A stretch of DNA of 62,930 bases, filler included, from Octopus bimaculoides (GCF_001194135.2; 9 parts of 7 records of this genome joined end to end with filler, not necessarily neighbours in it), one strand, 5' to 3'. Positions 13,000-25,800 are shown, numbered from the whole stretch's first letter. Translations and numbers: made by a program. The notes: generated from the sequence alone by a model not told the origin.

Positions 13000-13165
13000 C
13001 ATTGGAGCGTGGTGAAGCACACAACACCATACACAAGAAAAAAAACCTTGCTGATTATGCAACCCAAATCTTAATATTGGGTACACAACTTCTGAATGAA
13101 TGAAATGAACTAATAATCAATTGCAACCATAAAACTCTTAAAACATTCAAAATATTTTATACACT
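13000..13165 (+). mobile_element. PLE GIY-YIG endonuclease C-terminal remnant
   Basis: Translates approximately as HWSVVKHTTPY...LLNE*NELIINCNHK, resembling the Neptune-type W.VVK...Y...LN.RNEL...C.H tail. Confidence 0.4.
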
Positions 13166-13685
13166 GACACAACTTTACTTAATCAAACTTATCAACATTT
13201 GCTATATTAGTCTAAATCCATACACTACACTAGAATCCCACCATTATCCAAGTTGCTTGTTAACTACTGAATACGTTTATCTTTTCCCTATAGAGTTTCT
13301 ACTGTAATCTTTTATTCCTGATGGCCATATTCTCCCATGTCTATATCTATATGTGTACACATATATAGATGTCTACTGCCATACATAGTATCTGTTTTTT
13401 TAAGTATTCATATCCATATGTATATATGATTATCTTTATGTCTGTCTGTGTTTATGTCTGCATGTTTATATGTTTCTGAACCTTTGTATGATCAATCATA
13501 TGGATATATCTGTATATATATATCCCTGTGCGAAGGCCCTATATGCATGTATCTTTGTGTGTATATATATATATATATATACACATGTATGTGTGTCTCT
13601 CTATATATGTATAAATGTGTGTATGTCTATATCTGTGTGTGTATGTGTATATGTGTGTGTTTATGTGCATATATTTATATATGTG

Positions 13686-13730
<45 letters not shown>

Positions 13731-13746
13731 ATATATATATATGTGA

Positions 13747-13790
<44 letters not shown>

Positions 13791-13799
13791 GTGTGTATA

Positions 13800-14110
13800 T
13801 CTATATCTATAAAAGGCAGGATGTGTGTGTACGTGAATGCAATTTATGCATGTCCACAAATTTGCACGCATGTCGCTCCAATTTTAGGAAAACATTGGTC
13901 ACAACTATGGCTGTGTTATTTTACCCCGAAGCACCCGCGGATAGGGGTAAAAATCGATTTCCAACCATAACTTTTACCAATTTCCACATCAGTGAAATCC
14001 ATAAGTTTGCTCCCCTGCAATGGCGACTATTATACAAAAAGAAAGAAATGTATATATAGTTTTAATTATACAGGAAAACAAAGATGAACCGCTCTGAAAG
14101 AAATGTATAT
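13800..14110 (+). mobile_element. Non-autonomous Helitron 5' end
   Basis: Begins A|TCTATATCTATAAAAGGCAGGATGTGTGTG, the same architecture as 41253 (TCTATATATATAAAAATGAGAATGTGTG). It contains an internal inverted repeat ttttacccc...ggggtaaaa. Confidence 0.55.
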
Positions 14111-14149
14111 ATAGTATACATATAGTATATGTATATTCTTTTATTAGTT

Positions 14150-14551
14150 TATTTGTTTCAGACTCATTTGATTGTGACCATGCTGGAGCACTGCCTTTAG
14201 TCAAACAAATCAACCCCAGGACCTATTCTTTGTAAGCCTAGTACTTATTCTATCGGCCTCTTTTGCTGAACCGCTAAGTTACAGGCACGTAAACACACCA
14301 GCATCGATTGTCACGCGATGGTGGGGAGACAAACACAGACAAAGAAACAGACACAGAAACACACACACACACATATATATATATATACAACAGGCTTCTT
14401 TCAATTTCCGTCTACCAAATCCACTCACAAAGCTTTAGGTTGGCCTGAGGCTATAGTAGAAGACACTTGCCCAAGGTGCCATGCAATGGGACTGAACCCG
14501 GAACCATGTGGTTGGTAAGCAAGCTCTTTACCACACAGCCACTCCTGCACC
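14150..14551 (-). mobile_element. Full-length tRNA-derived SINE family A with internal microsatellite
   Basis: The minus-strand head ggtgcaggagtggctgtgtggtaaagagcttgcttaccaaccacatggttccgggttcagtccc has A/B boxes, followed by a CORE-like gcaccttgggcaagtg and an internal (CA)(TA) tract. It is colinear with 58685-59071. Confidence 0.85.
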
Positions 14552-15480
14552 TATATATTTAATTTTTCTATATATTTCATTTTAAATGAAATTTTGAATG
14601 TTAGATAATTAATGTTGGTTTATTTAATTAGAAAACAAAAACCTAATGACAGTGTAATGAGCAACTAGCACATTTTGTTTCTTAGTTTCTGTTTGTTTTA
14701 ATATTTAAATTCTCTATTTGACTGTTATTTTCAGCCACAACATACTTATTCATTTGGCATTCCTTCGATATAACTCGACAAAATCAAAACATTTGACAAC
14801 ATTTGAATTCGGATATCAATTATACTAGTCCATGTTTTTTTTTTGTTTTTGACACAGACAAAAACAAGCACTTACACACACAGACAAGAACAAGCACGCA
14901 CAGACACAGACAAGAACAAGCAAGTACACACAACCCATTAAGTTTCTTCTCCTCCTCTCATTTTAGCAACTGTCACGGAAATACCCAAACTCAAATGTTG
15001 TCAAATGTTTTGATTTTGTTGAGTATGAAAATTCTCTGTACGTAATTTTGCCTTCTTGGTGGTCAAAGCAAATTGACGACTTCGTGCTGTAGCTATTTTT
15101 CTTCCTATGTGATTTAAAGCATTTTTTGATATGTGGCATTTCAACATTAGAAACGAGTTCCGAACATGCTATTCAAGTTCGCTGAAACTTATCTCCTACC
15201 ACTCAAAACAACAACTCAAGTGGGATAAAGAGTATACGCATCACAACAGCAAGTGTGTGTTTGTGTGTGTGTGTGTGCCCAAGGCCAAACACTATTGGTG
15301 GCGGTCATCCATTTGGGAGAGCCATGCTTTTCACATGGGCAACTTTGTGGCCTGCTCCCGTGTAGGGAGTAGAAATGCACTTTTTGTGTATGCTCCACAG
15401 AGCAGAACATGCAATGTTGTCTATAGTAAAGTTTTATAGACGTAGAAAGAAGAACAAGTCATCATTGCAGCTGATATGGT

Positions 15481-15566
15481 TATAAAAAGGTGATCCGGAA
15501 GTATTGGCCAGACATATTCTCAAACCATGGCAGCATGACTCATGGACTCTTCCTCTTCTTTATTGG
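15481..15566. promoter_or_regulatory. Candidate promoter/enhancer motif cluster
   Basis: TATAAAAAG 15481, ETS CCGGAAGT 15495-15502, ATTGG (reverse CCAAT) at 15503 and 15562, and AP-1 TGACTCA 15536-15542, all within 90 nt of apparently unique sequence. Confidence 0.3.
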
Positions 15567-17440
15567 ACAATGCTGATTTCTTCAACAACAACAATGCTCA
15601 CTTGGCCGATATCAGTGCTTGGCCAAGTTGCTCATACAGTTAGGCTAGAAGGGCCAACCCTAACACCTTAGTGAAAATCGTGGTATATTTACCAAACATT
15701 GACGAACATGAGTTATATTGTAGTGAATGTTGATGTGTGTATGTGTTTATGTGTATGTTGTTGTCACAGATCACGTATGTGTGGTTGTGTGTGTTTTTAC
15801 GTATCTATGTTATGAAAAATAGGTAAAAAATACTAAGAGGAAAGTTTAATCTATGACGTATGTATCTCTCTCTCTCTCTCTCTCTCCCTTTTTTACTCTT
15901 ACTCTCTATATTATACGTTGAGCGCATGATCGATGTGTAAGAACGCCAGTACAGGTAGAAGGGAAGAAATATAAAAGTTGCTAGAAACAACAGCCAAATC
16001 TCCCTTAAATCACGCAAAGTAAACGGAATTTAAAAAATCTNNNNNNNNNNNNNNNNNNNNNNNNNNNNNNNNNNNNNNNNNNNNNNNNNNNNNNNNNNNN
16101 NNNNNNNNNNNNNNNNNNNNNNNNNNNNNNNNNNNNNNNNNNNNNNNNNNNNNNNNNNNNNNNNNNNNNNNNNNNNNNNNNNNNNNNNNNNNNNNNNNNN
16201 NNNNNNNNNNNNNNNNNNNNNNNNNNNNNNNNNNNNNNNNNNNNNNNNNNNNNNNNNNNNNNNNNNNNNNNNNNNNNNNNNNNNNNNNNNNNNNNNNNNN
16301 NNNNNNNNNNNNNNNNNNNNNNNNNNNNNNNNNNNNNNNNNNNNNNNNNNNNNNNNNNNNNNNNNNNNNNNNNNNNNNNNNNNNNNNNNNNNNNNNNNNN
16401 NNNNNNNNNNNNNNNNNNNNNNNNNNNNNNNNNNNNNNNNNNNNNNNNNNNNNNNNNNNNNNNNNNNNNNNNNNNNNNNNNNNNNNNNNNNNNNNNNNNN
16501 NNNNNNNNNNNNNNNNNNNNNNNNNNNNNNNNNNNNNNNNNNNNNNNNNNNNNNNNNNNNNNNNNNNNNNNNNNNNNNNNNNNNNNNNNNNNNNNNNNNN
16601 NNNNNNNNNNNNNNNNNNNNNNNNNNNNNNNNNNNNNNNNNNNNNNNNNNNNNNNNNNNNNNNNNNNNNNNNNNNNNNNNNNNNNNNNNNNNNNNNNNNN
16701 NNNNNNNNNNNNNNNNNNNNNNNNNNNNNNNNNNNNNNNNNNNNNNNNNNNNNNNNNCACGAACCATGCTGCGTATTGATTTGTGCTTCATATGTTGTCT
16801 GGTCATTTCTGCTGACGATAGTCCGACCTTGTAAGATATAATCTTTATCTTACTAAAATTGACTTGAAACCATGGTACAGAATATAGATTGGTAAAAGTT
16901 TTTATTTTTCATTTCCTTTCGAAATTATCCCTAACTTTTGTGGTATGTAGTCTTTTGCTGCTATTTCTAGCGAGTAGATGTCCTATTATAGGCATCTCTG
17001 CATTTTAAATGAAATATATATATATATATATATTTAGATTGGAGCCTGGTGATGCCATCCGGTTTCACTAGACCTCAGTCAAATTGTCCAACCCATGCTA
17101 GCATGGAAAGCAGACGTTAAACAAACGATGATGATATATATATATGCATGTGTGAATGTGTATGTTTGTCCCCTATCACTGCTTGTCAATGGTTTGGTGT
17201 GTTTACACCCCCATAACTTAGCTGTTCAACACAAGAGACAGATAAGTTAAGTACCAGGCTTAAAAGAAATAAGAACTGAGGTAAATTCATTCAAGGTGAT
17301 GCCCCAGCATGGCTACAGTCTAATGACTGAAACAAATAAATGATATATATAGTGAACCATATAAGCTGTCAAATACTGTGTCCTTTCAGGGTAAGCTTGG
17401 GCAAGTAGGAGACTAGCAGAGTTAACAAAATTGGTCGATG

Positions 17441-17812
17441 GCATGGCTGTGTGGGAGAAGCTTGCTTCCCAACCACATGGTTTCCGGTTCAGTCCCACTA
17501 TGTAGCACCTTGGGCAAGTGTCTTCTACTATAGCCTCAGATCAACCAAAGCCTTGTGAGTGTATTTCGTAGAGGAAAACTAGAAGAAACCCATCATGTTT
17601 CCAGTACCGCCTGACTGGCCTTCGTGCGGGTGACACGTAAAAGCACCCACTACACTCTCTGAGTGGTTGGCGTTAGGAAGGGCATCCAGCTGTAGAAACT
17701 CTGCCAAATCAGATTGGAGGCTGGTGTTACCATCTGGTTTCATTAGTCCTCAGTCAAATCGTCCAACCCATGCTAGCATGGAAAGCGGACGTTAAACGAT
17801 GATGATGATGAT
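17441..17812 (+). mobile_element. SINE family A head followed by family B 3' part
   Basis: tRNA head and CORE-like segment at 17441-17595, then the family B tail ending (GAT)n at 17812. Confidence 0.75.
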
Positions 17813-18496
17813 ATATATACATACATAAATAAATATATATATATACATATATATACATATATATATATACATATATGTATATATATATATATACATATAT
17901 ACATATATATATATANNNNNNNNNNNNNNNNNNNNNNNNNNNNNNNNNNNNNNNNNNNNNNNNNNNNNNNNNNNNNNNNNNNNNNNNNNNNNNNNNNNNN
18001 NNNNNNNNNNNNNNNNNNNNNNNNNNNNNNNNNNNNNNNNNNNNNNNNNNNNNNNNNNNNNNNNNNNNNNNNNNNNNNNNNNNNNNNNNNNNNNNNNNNN
18101 NNNNNNNNNNNNNNNNNNNNNNNNNNNNNNNNNNNNNNNNNNNNNNNNNNNNNNNNNNNNNNNNNNNNNNNNNNNNNNNNNNNNNNNNNNNNNNNNNNNN
18201 NNNNNNNNNNNNNNNNNNNNNNNNNNNNNNNNNNNNNNNNNNNNNNNNNNNNNNNNNNNNNNNNNNNNNNNNNNNNNNNNNNNNNNNNNNNNNNNNNNNN
18301 NNNNNNNNNNNNNNNNNNNNNNNNNNNNNNNNNNNNNNNNNNNNNNNNNNNNNNNNNNNNNNNNNNNNNNNNNNNNNNNNNNNNNNNNNNNNNNNNNNNN
18401 NNNNNNNNNNNNNNNNNNNNNNNNNNNNNNNNNNNNNNNNNNNNNNNNNNNNNNNNNNNNNNNNNNNNNNNNNNNNNNNNNNNNNNNATATATATA

Positions 18497-19300
18497 CTAG
18501 CAGTATAACCCGACCTTGTCTGGGTGTGACTTATTACGCCATATACGATAAGTCTTGCTAGGTGAAAATCAACTAAAAAAGAAAGCCTTACAATGAAAAA
18601 ACCCTTATGATGTAAATATGTTCATAATTCAAAAGACGATGAAATTAATAGGGAAAGTCTGAAAGCTGTTTTGCATAACATTATTAAGCGTACGTAAATT
18701 TCATCCTTCTAATTGGCTATAGAAATGCTTGTGTAAAACAAGTGTTTGCGCTGCCCTTTTCGCAGAAGCTAGGACAGCAATTTGTGATGAAGCAATTGCT
18801 GGCGATCTGTTGCAACATAGTTCTGCCAGAATTCTATCAGATTGGGCAGAAGATGTTGATGCACCATTTTCTATTATGTTCGAAGTAGCTTCTGGAATGT
18901 GGTGAATTGCTGCAGTCTGTTGCTGTCATTTTAAACCGGTTGCTTTCTTTCCCCAGCAAACTCTCTTGTTTGGAGGCATAATCTATGTATATATTAAACA
19001 GAACAACAAAAGTTATAATAGATGGCATATCTGTAATTTTTCAGATTAACACCCGCACGATTACCCAACCCTTATCCTAAACCTAACCCTAACACTAACC
19101 TTAAACCCTAACCCTAACCCTGATCCTAAAACCGTAACCGTAACACTAATCCTAACCCTAACCGTAACCCTGACCCTAAAACCTTAACCCTAACACCCTA
19201 GTGAAAATCATGGTATACTTACAAAACATGAGTTATATTTTACTGAATGATTGTGTACTTGCATGTGTATGCGTTTGAGAGAGCGAGAGAGGAAGAGGTA
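18497..19300 (-). mobile_element. Helitron-like element (3' terminus clear, 5' end unresolved)
   Basis: The minus strand ends with hairpin acccagac-aag-gtcgggt (18508-18525), a 7-nt spacer and CTAG (18497-18500), followed by T inside a (TA)n tract. This is a canonical Helitron 3' end. The extent toward 19300 is inferred. Confidence 0.6.
19061..19200. repeat. Degenerate telomere-type (CCCTAA/TTAGGG)n array
   Basis: About 140 nt of cctaaccctaacactaaccttaaaccctaacctaaccctgatcc... with several perfect CCCTAA units. Confidence 0.85.
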
Positions 19301-20009
19301 GAGAGAGAGGTTGAGAAAGGAATAGAAGTAGTTAAAAGTTTTCTTATGATGGCTTCTCTTCACTGCCTATTACTTCATTAGAAAGCTATGGATGCACATA
19401 CACACATAATAGAGAAAAATGAAACAAATATGGACGACTTGCTCCGAAACACCACCAAGTGGAGAACACTTCTCAAAAATAACCTGCATTTGTTTCCTTC
19501 AAAATTCCTACATGCTCAAAATGTACATACATCAAAGTATATTTGTAGAAAATTTCACGAAAAAATATTCATTTTCCTGGANNNNNNNNNNNNNNNNNNN
19601 NNNNNNNNNNNNNNNNNNNNNNNNNTTAATTAATTAANNNNNNNNNNNNNNNNNNNNNNNNNNNNNNNNNNNNNNNNNNNNCATCTTTTAATTTGATTTT
19701 CCTTCTTTATGAAACCCCAAATTGGAACAGGTTGGGCAGGTCTGCAAATTTACACATTCTTTATAGCAGATATTGTTTTTTTGCATCTTTCCCTTTTCAT
19801 AAGTTACACATCTTCTTCAATGGAAACAACCTCATTAAAAATGGGACCAGATTTCTTTCAATAAACTAAAATCAAAAGGCATGTAATGTATCCTGCATAA
19901 ATAAACCGCAAAACCCACAAAGAAACCCGAAACAATAATACAGTGTAGAACCCAGACATCACTCTATAACCACCTCTTCACTTTTGAAACCCAATTATAA
20001 ATACTATAC

Positions 20010-20045
<36 letters not shown>

Positions 20046-20499
20046 ATGCATGTGTATATGTTTATATGTGTATGTATGTCTATACATACCAATGTATGTG
20101 TGAGTGTACAGAGGTGTGTGTGTGAGACAACAGGAAGTGGGTTATTATAACAATAACCAAATGTTACACCATTTCATTAAGATTGCTAAAACCAAGTTTA
20201 ATTCTTGAACTCACAATCTTATATAAATAATAACTACAAATGGTTCATGTAGTGAATGTATACATGTAGCAGATATATGCATGTTTTGCACATGTACATG
20301 TAGTGTGTATATTAAGGTGCAATACATTGGACCAAAATAATTCTTGCTCCCTGAGGGATGTTGGTTTTTGTCTTTTTCATTGCCCACCTCTTCAATATTT
20401 TTAAAATAGGGTGTATAGTTATGCAATCCATAACCATTGTCTTTATATCACAACAGAATGCAAGCTACCCAATCCCCTGGGAAAAAAAAAAAAAATGAA

Positions 20500-21207
20500 T
20501 CATCCATATTTTATTTGGGACCAAATAAATAACTGGAGGTCATTCAACAAGACAGCATGGTCCATCTCAGCACTGAATTGTCGATTATCAAGGGATTGGC
20601 ACTGGTGTAATAACCGTTCTAAATCTACAGTAACATGATTCGGTGCACCATACATTAAGTAGTCCATAAGGAGATCACATAGGATTTTTAAGTTGGGTAC
20701 AACAAGGTCCGAAGAGCATTTTCTAAGTTCTTGGTTGCATTGAGTTTTACAGTTGTGAGAGAAGGTACAGTCATCGTCTGTATAACAAGATCGATTAGAC
20801 ATTTCTGTTTTCAAATGGTATTTGGAAACCACTGACAAGACATCAATAATTTTGATGTCATATCTTGCGGTGTAGCCAAAAGATGTTGGTAATATATTGC
20901 ACATGTAATAATTGACGCCATTCTTCTCAAAAATGTCCATCATGAATTCGATCATCCCAATAGACATTTTGGCTCGTCTCTTCCAAATTGGAAATTGCCA
21001 ATGATAAGCATCTGAAAGAAAAATACTGAGCCAGCTGTTGGATTTCATATTGAATAGTTTGTTGTTTGCGACATGTTCCATGGCATAGATACTTCCACAG
21101 GTGCCATTGATACGAGGGAATGTGTCGTTGTCTTGGAAAAGCAGCAATAGGAGAAATTCCCGGTGCTGTAAGAGACTCCATAGAGATCGTGCTTCACCAT
21201 AGGTCAA
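20500..21207 (-). CDS. DIPK1: Terminal coding exon of a divergent protein kinase domain protein (FAM69/DIPK1 family)
   Basis: LTYGEARSLWSLLQHREFLL...GTCGSIYAME...WKRRAKMSIGMIEFMMDIF...YMCN...FGYTARYDIKIID...CYTDDDC...NCKTQC...KCSSDLVVPNLKILCDLLMDYLMYGAP...LLNDLQLFIWSQI aligns motif by motif with the FAM69A C-terminal kinase-like and Cys-rich domain. Acceptor cctaccttttcAG| is phase 0 and the TGA stop is at 20502-20500. The ORF-track start at 21228 is intronic. Confidence 0.92.
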   Translation of the reverse strand: MTYGEARSLWSLLQHREFLLLLLFQDNDTFPRINGTCGSIYAMEHVANNKLFNMKSNSWLSIFLSDAYHWQFPIWKRRAKMSIGMIEFMMDIFEKNGVNYYMCNILPTSFGYTARYDIKIIDVLSVVSKYHLKTEMSNRSCYTDDDCTFSHNCKTQCNQELRKCSSDLVVPNLKILCDLLMDYLMYGAPNHVTVDLERLLHQCQSLDNRQFSAEMDHAVLLNDLQLFIWSQIKYG

Positions 21208-21671
21208 CTGAAAAGGTAGGAAAAACAATGGTAAAATGAATTTCCAAGGTGAAAAAGAAGAGAAAGGAAAGAAAAGAAGTTATATAAAGTCAAAACTTTT
21301 TTTTTGCCAATATTTTCTAAAACAGGAATTAAATAGAAAATAGATCAAGAAAACCATTTGATTTCATATTTCGAATTCAATTTTTGGCAAACAGCAAAAT
21401 TTTTTTTCTTTCTTTGTTCAAAGGGGGCAAACATGGCTGTTATATTAAAAGGTTTGCTTCACAAAAAAAAACTTTGCTATTTATAATTCAGAGATTTTTT
21501 TTCCTGTAAAGCAGGGACAACTTTCTGCAGACGCACACACACACACAAGTATCTTTTACTACAGCCATGTCACACTATTTTCACTCGGTGCACTTACCTA
21601 CATATCCACCTTTCCTGCTCCTCCATCCTATTCTGTCTCGTATTCATGTTGTACAAGCTCCTCATCTCTCT

Positions 21672-21724
<53 letters not shown>

Positions 21725-22156
21725 GCCATGAATTCACCTCTATCATAGTTTCTGATTCTTCCTGTCTATATCCCACTCAGTTGAGGTATCTTGTCTTACA
21801 AGCACCTGGGGACCTCACCAACACTGCTGTCACATAAAAACATCCAGTACATTCTGCTAAGTGGTTGGCATTAGGAAGGGCATCCAGCTGTGGAAACCAT
21901 GCCAAAGCAGGCACACAACCTGGTGGAGCCCTGTGGCTCTTGTGTTCTTGTCAAACCATCCAACCCATGCCAGCATTTTACCTTTTTTTACTTCTTCCTT
22001 ACGTGCGGCAGACTTCTTTCGGCTTCCATCTACCAAACTCACAAGTGTTTAGTCAGCCCAAGGATTATAGTAAAAGACAATCGTGCAAAGTGCCACACAG
22101 TGGGACAGAATGTAAAACAACATGATTAGGAAATAAATTTCTTAACCACAACCATA

Positions 22157-22452
22157 GGCGCAAGCGTGACTGTGTGGTAAGAAGCTTGATTCCCAACCAC
22201 ATAGTTCAGGGTTCAGTCCCAATGCATGGCACCTTGAGCAAGTGCCTTCTGCTATAGCCTCGGGCCGACCAAAGCTTTGTGAGTAGATTTGGTAGACGGA
22301 AACTGAAAGAAGCTCATCATATGTACAAATACACAGCTCTGTGTGTGTGGTTTTGGCTTGAATAAGTACTGGGGGCGATTTATTCGACTAAAAATTCTTC
22401 AAGCCGGTGCTTCAGCTTGGGCAGTCTAATGACTGAAGCAAGTAAAAGATAA
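22157..22452 (+). mobile_element. tRNA-derived SINE family A
   Basis: Head ggcgcaagcgtgactgtgtggtaagaagcttgattcccaaccacatagttcagggttcagtccc, a CORE-like segment and the family 3' end ctaatgactgaagcaagtaaaagataaaa. Confidence 0.8.
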
Positions 22453-22710
22453 AACTGATATTCATACATGGGTAAAAGATGGAAAAATAACAAGAGAAAT
22501 CCTGCAAAATTAACGCAAAGAGTGAAAAGCTGACTCACCAATCCATTTGAATTGAAATCACCAAAGTTCAGTATCTTATGTAAAGTTGTTGTATAGTCTC
22601 CAGGGCCCAGNNNNNNNNNNNNNNNNNNNNNNNNNNNNNNNNNNNNNNNNNNNNTTAATTAATTAANNNNNNNNNNNNNNNNNNNNNNNNNNNNNNNNNN
22701 NNNNNNNNNN

Positions 22711-22777
<67 letters not shown>

Positions 22778-22789
22778 TTAATAATAATG

Positions 22790-22886
<97 letters not shown>
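22711..22886. repeat. (AAT)n microsatellite directly 5' of an R4/Dong-like element
   Basis: Nearly pure AAT repeat. Confidence 0.95.
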
Positions 22887-22887
<1 letters not shown>

Positions 22888-25800
22888 GAGCTAAGATGTG
22901 TTCTTAGAAAGTCTCATAAATGGAAAACCCCAGGACTGGAACGGGTCCCAAACTTCTGGCTAAATTGTTTGACAGAAGTACACCAGAATTTCGCTGCAGC
23001 TCTAACTGATGTCATCCAGACCCAGCGTAAATACCAGCCTGGCTGACTGAGGGGACTACATACCTACTACCAAAAACTGAAGACAAAAAATCTGAAGAAC
23101 TACCGACCAATAACATGTTTCAACACCACCTACAAGATCCTTACATCCATACTAACTGAAAGAATATACGCTTTCCTTGAAAAACATTCCATCATTCCGT
23201 AAGCTCAAAAGGGTTGTAAAAGAATTCTTATGGGTGCAAAAATCAATTATTCATAAATAAAATGATTGTAGAGAATTGCCGGAGCAAAAGGAAGAACCTA
23301 AGTATGGCATGGATAGACTACAGGAAAGCTTTTGTTAGTGTCCCACATAATTGGCTACTCAAAGTCCTTGAGATATACAAGATATCTCCTGTCATCTCCA
23401 CATTCTTACAAGGTAGCATGGCCAAGTGAAACACACTTCTCCTTCTAAACCATAGTAATCGGATGAGCCAATCCAACAACATCAAACGAGGAATCTTTCA
23501 AGGTGACTCCCTCTCTCAATTACTTTTTTGCACGGCACTGATCCCACACTCAAACTAATTGAAAAACACCAGGTATGGGTACAAAATTTACAACACTATA
23601 ATAAACCATCTGTTTTATATGGACGATCTGAAGCTGTTTGCTAGGAATGATCAAGAACTAGGAGGACTGCTAATAACTGTTAAAGAGTTTAGCAATGATA
23701 TCGGGATGGATTATGATTTCTATAAGTGTGCTAAAGCAACTTTTGTAAGAGGCAAGCTCAAACAAACAGCTTCCATTAAATTTGATACCGACGCTGCCAT
23801 CGAGGAACTTGAGCCACAAGAAAGTTATAAATATCTAGGAATAAACGAAGAAGATAGTATAGAACAAGCTACTATGAGGGAAAATATAAGAAAGGAGTAC
23901 TAGAGGAGAATAAGATTTATACTGAAAACTGAACTCAACTCGAAAAGCGCGTCGAAGCCATTAACACCCTTGCACTTCCAGTAGTTCAATACAGTTTTAA
24001 CATCATTAACTGGAATCTTACAGAGCACCAACGTCTGGACACGAAGACAAGAAAACTACTAGCATCTAAGAACATGCATCACCCAAAAGCAGACGTTGAT
24101 CGTCTGTGTCTACCTAGAAGTAATGGGAGAAGAGGAATGATGCAATTAGGACTCCAACTAGCAATGAACAGATATTTATCTAGTACAGAGGACTGGATGC
24201 AGCAACTTGTATGCAAACACGAAAGTATCAAAAAGTCAAATTCTATTGTCAAGGAAACTTGTAAATTCACAAGAGAGCTTGGCATTAAACCCGAATTAGA
24301 TGAAGAATCTGAAATCACTGCCACCAAGCAAGCGAAACAAATCAAGCAGACTGCAAAAGAAAACGAGCAAAAACAAAGTGAGGAACAAATTGCATGGACG
24401 GTATATTCTTCGAAGTCAAAATGCTGATGTAGACCAAACAATAACCCATCAGTGACTGAGAAGTTTAAGACTGAAAGCAGAGAATGAAGATTTCATATTG
24501 GCTGCATAAAATCAAAGCTTGCTTACCAGGATCTGCCAGGTCAAAATGGTCTTAGTCTTAGTCTTAGGTCCTCCTGCGCTGTGTGGCGCATTGAGCAGCA
24601 AGGCTTCTCTTACGTGGTCGGTCGGCCGCGGCGATTTCAGCTTGATCCCATGAAATGTCAATGGCTTTGAGGTCATCGATGAAGGTGCGGTGCCAGGTCA
24701 CTTTTGGTCACCCTTGTTTTCTCTTGCCATGCGGTGGCTTCCACAGAATGGCAGTTTTCGCATGCCGCGACGATATTAATCGGAAGACATGGCCTGCGAA
24801 TCACAAGCGGCGCTCAGTGACAACGTCATGAAGTGGACAGGTATCAGTTCACGATGTATCTCGTCGCTGGTGTTATGGTCTTGGTATGACATTTGCAGTA
24901 TCCGCCGGAGGCATTGTAGCTGAAATACATTGAGCCTTCGCGCAATATTTGCCGATGTCTTCTACGTTTCCGCCGCGTATATTGCCGATGGTATGACGAT
25001 GCTGTTGAAGAGACGCACTTTGGTCTTGGTGGAGATCGCCCTGCCTGCCCAGTTGAGTCTGAGTCTTTGAAAGATATCCCGAGGCCTTCCCAATCCGGCA
25101 GGCAAGGCAGCGTTCGGCGTCTCCGTCGTTGGCCACGACGGAACCCATATAGGTGAACTCATCAACTTCCTCGATTTGGTGTTATCCAATCATCAAGGGG
25201 ACACTATTGTTGTTCCCATCGACATATCCATTCCTCATGATCGTTTTTTTTTTGCACTTATGCGGAGTGCGATCCTGGCCGCCTCCCGTTCCAATCTTTC
25301 TGTCATTGTGCGAATGACATTCTTCGTCGCTCCGAGAAGCGCGATGTCATCGTCATCATCATGGTACTGACCTTAAATGCAGATTCTGCGACACTTTTGA
25401 TGAAACAATAGACCATCTCGTTTCAGGATGTCCTGTGCTGACACCAAATGAATACAAAATCTCCAACATGGGATAGAACAGTGTTTACATTGGAAAATGT
25501 GTAAACACTACAAAATTGGCACTCTTACTTAATGGTATGAACATTATCCTGAGCTAGTCGTTGAAGGTACAAATGTTACTATCCTCTGAGATTTTCCAGT
25601 CAACACCAACAGAACGATCCAGGCTAATCGACCAGACATAATTATTAAAGGAGGGAAGAAAGTACTTGTAGATTAATAGATATAAGCGTTCCCGCAGATA
25701 AAAATATATCTGTAAAGGAATTTGGCAAATTAAGTAAATATAAGGATCTGGAAATTGAAATACAAAAGATATGGCATCTTAAAGCAAGAACTGTTCCTAT

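Noticed and set aside
19061-19200. Telomeric array as a chromosome-fusion scar
   Set aside because: The array is short, degenerate and single-orientation (no head-to-head TTAGGG/CCCTAA junction), and its flank is a dispersed repeat.
19626-19637. TTAATTAATTAA centred in N runs (also 22655, 41558, 47569, 50744, 56162, 58517, 60856)
   Set aside because: An identical palindromic all-frame-stop 12-mer in the middle of ~100-nt gaps is an assembly spacer, not biology.
21208-21228. ORF-track N-terminus MFFLPFQ of the DIPK1 ORF
   Set aside because: This is the intronic polypyrimidine tract and AG acceptor; homology begins at 21207.
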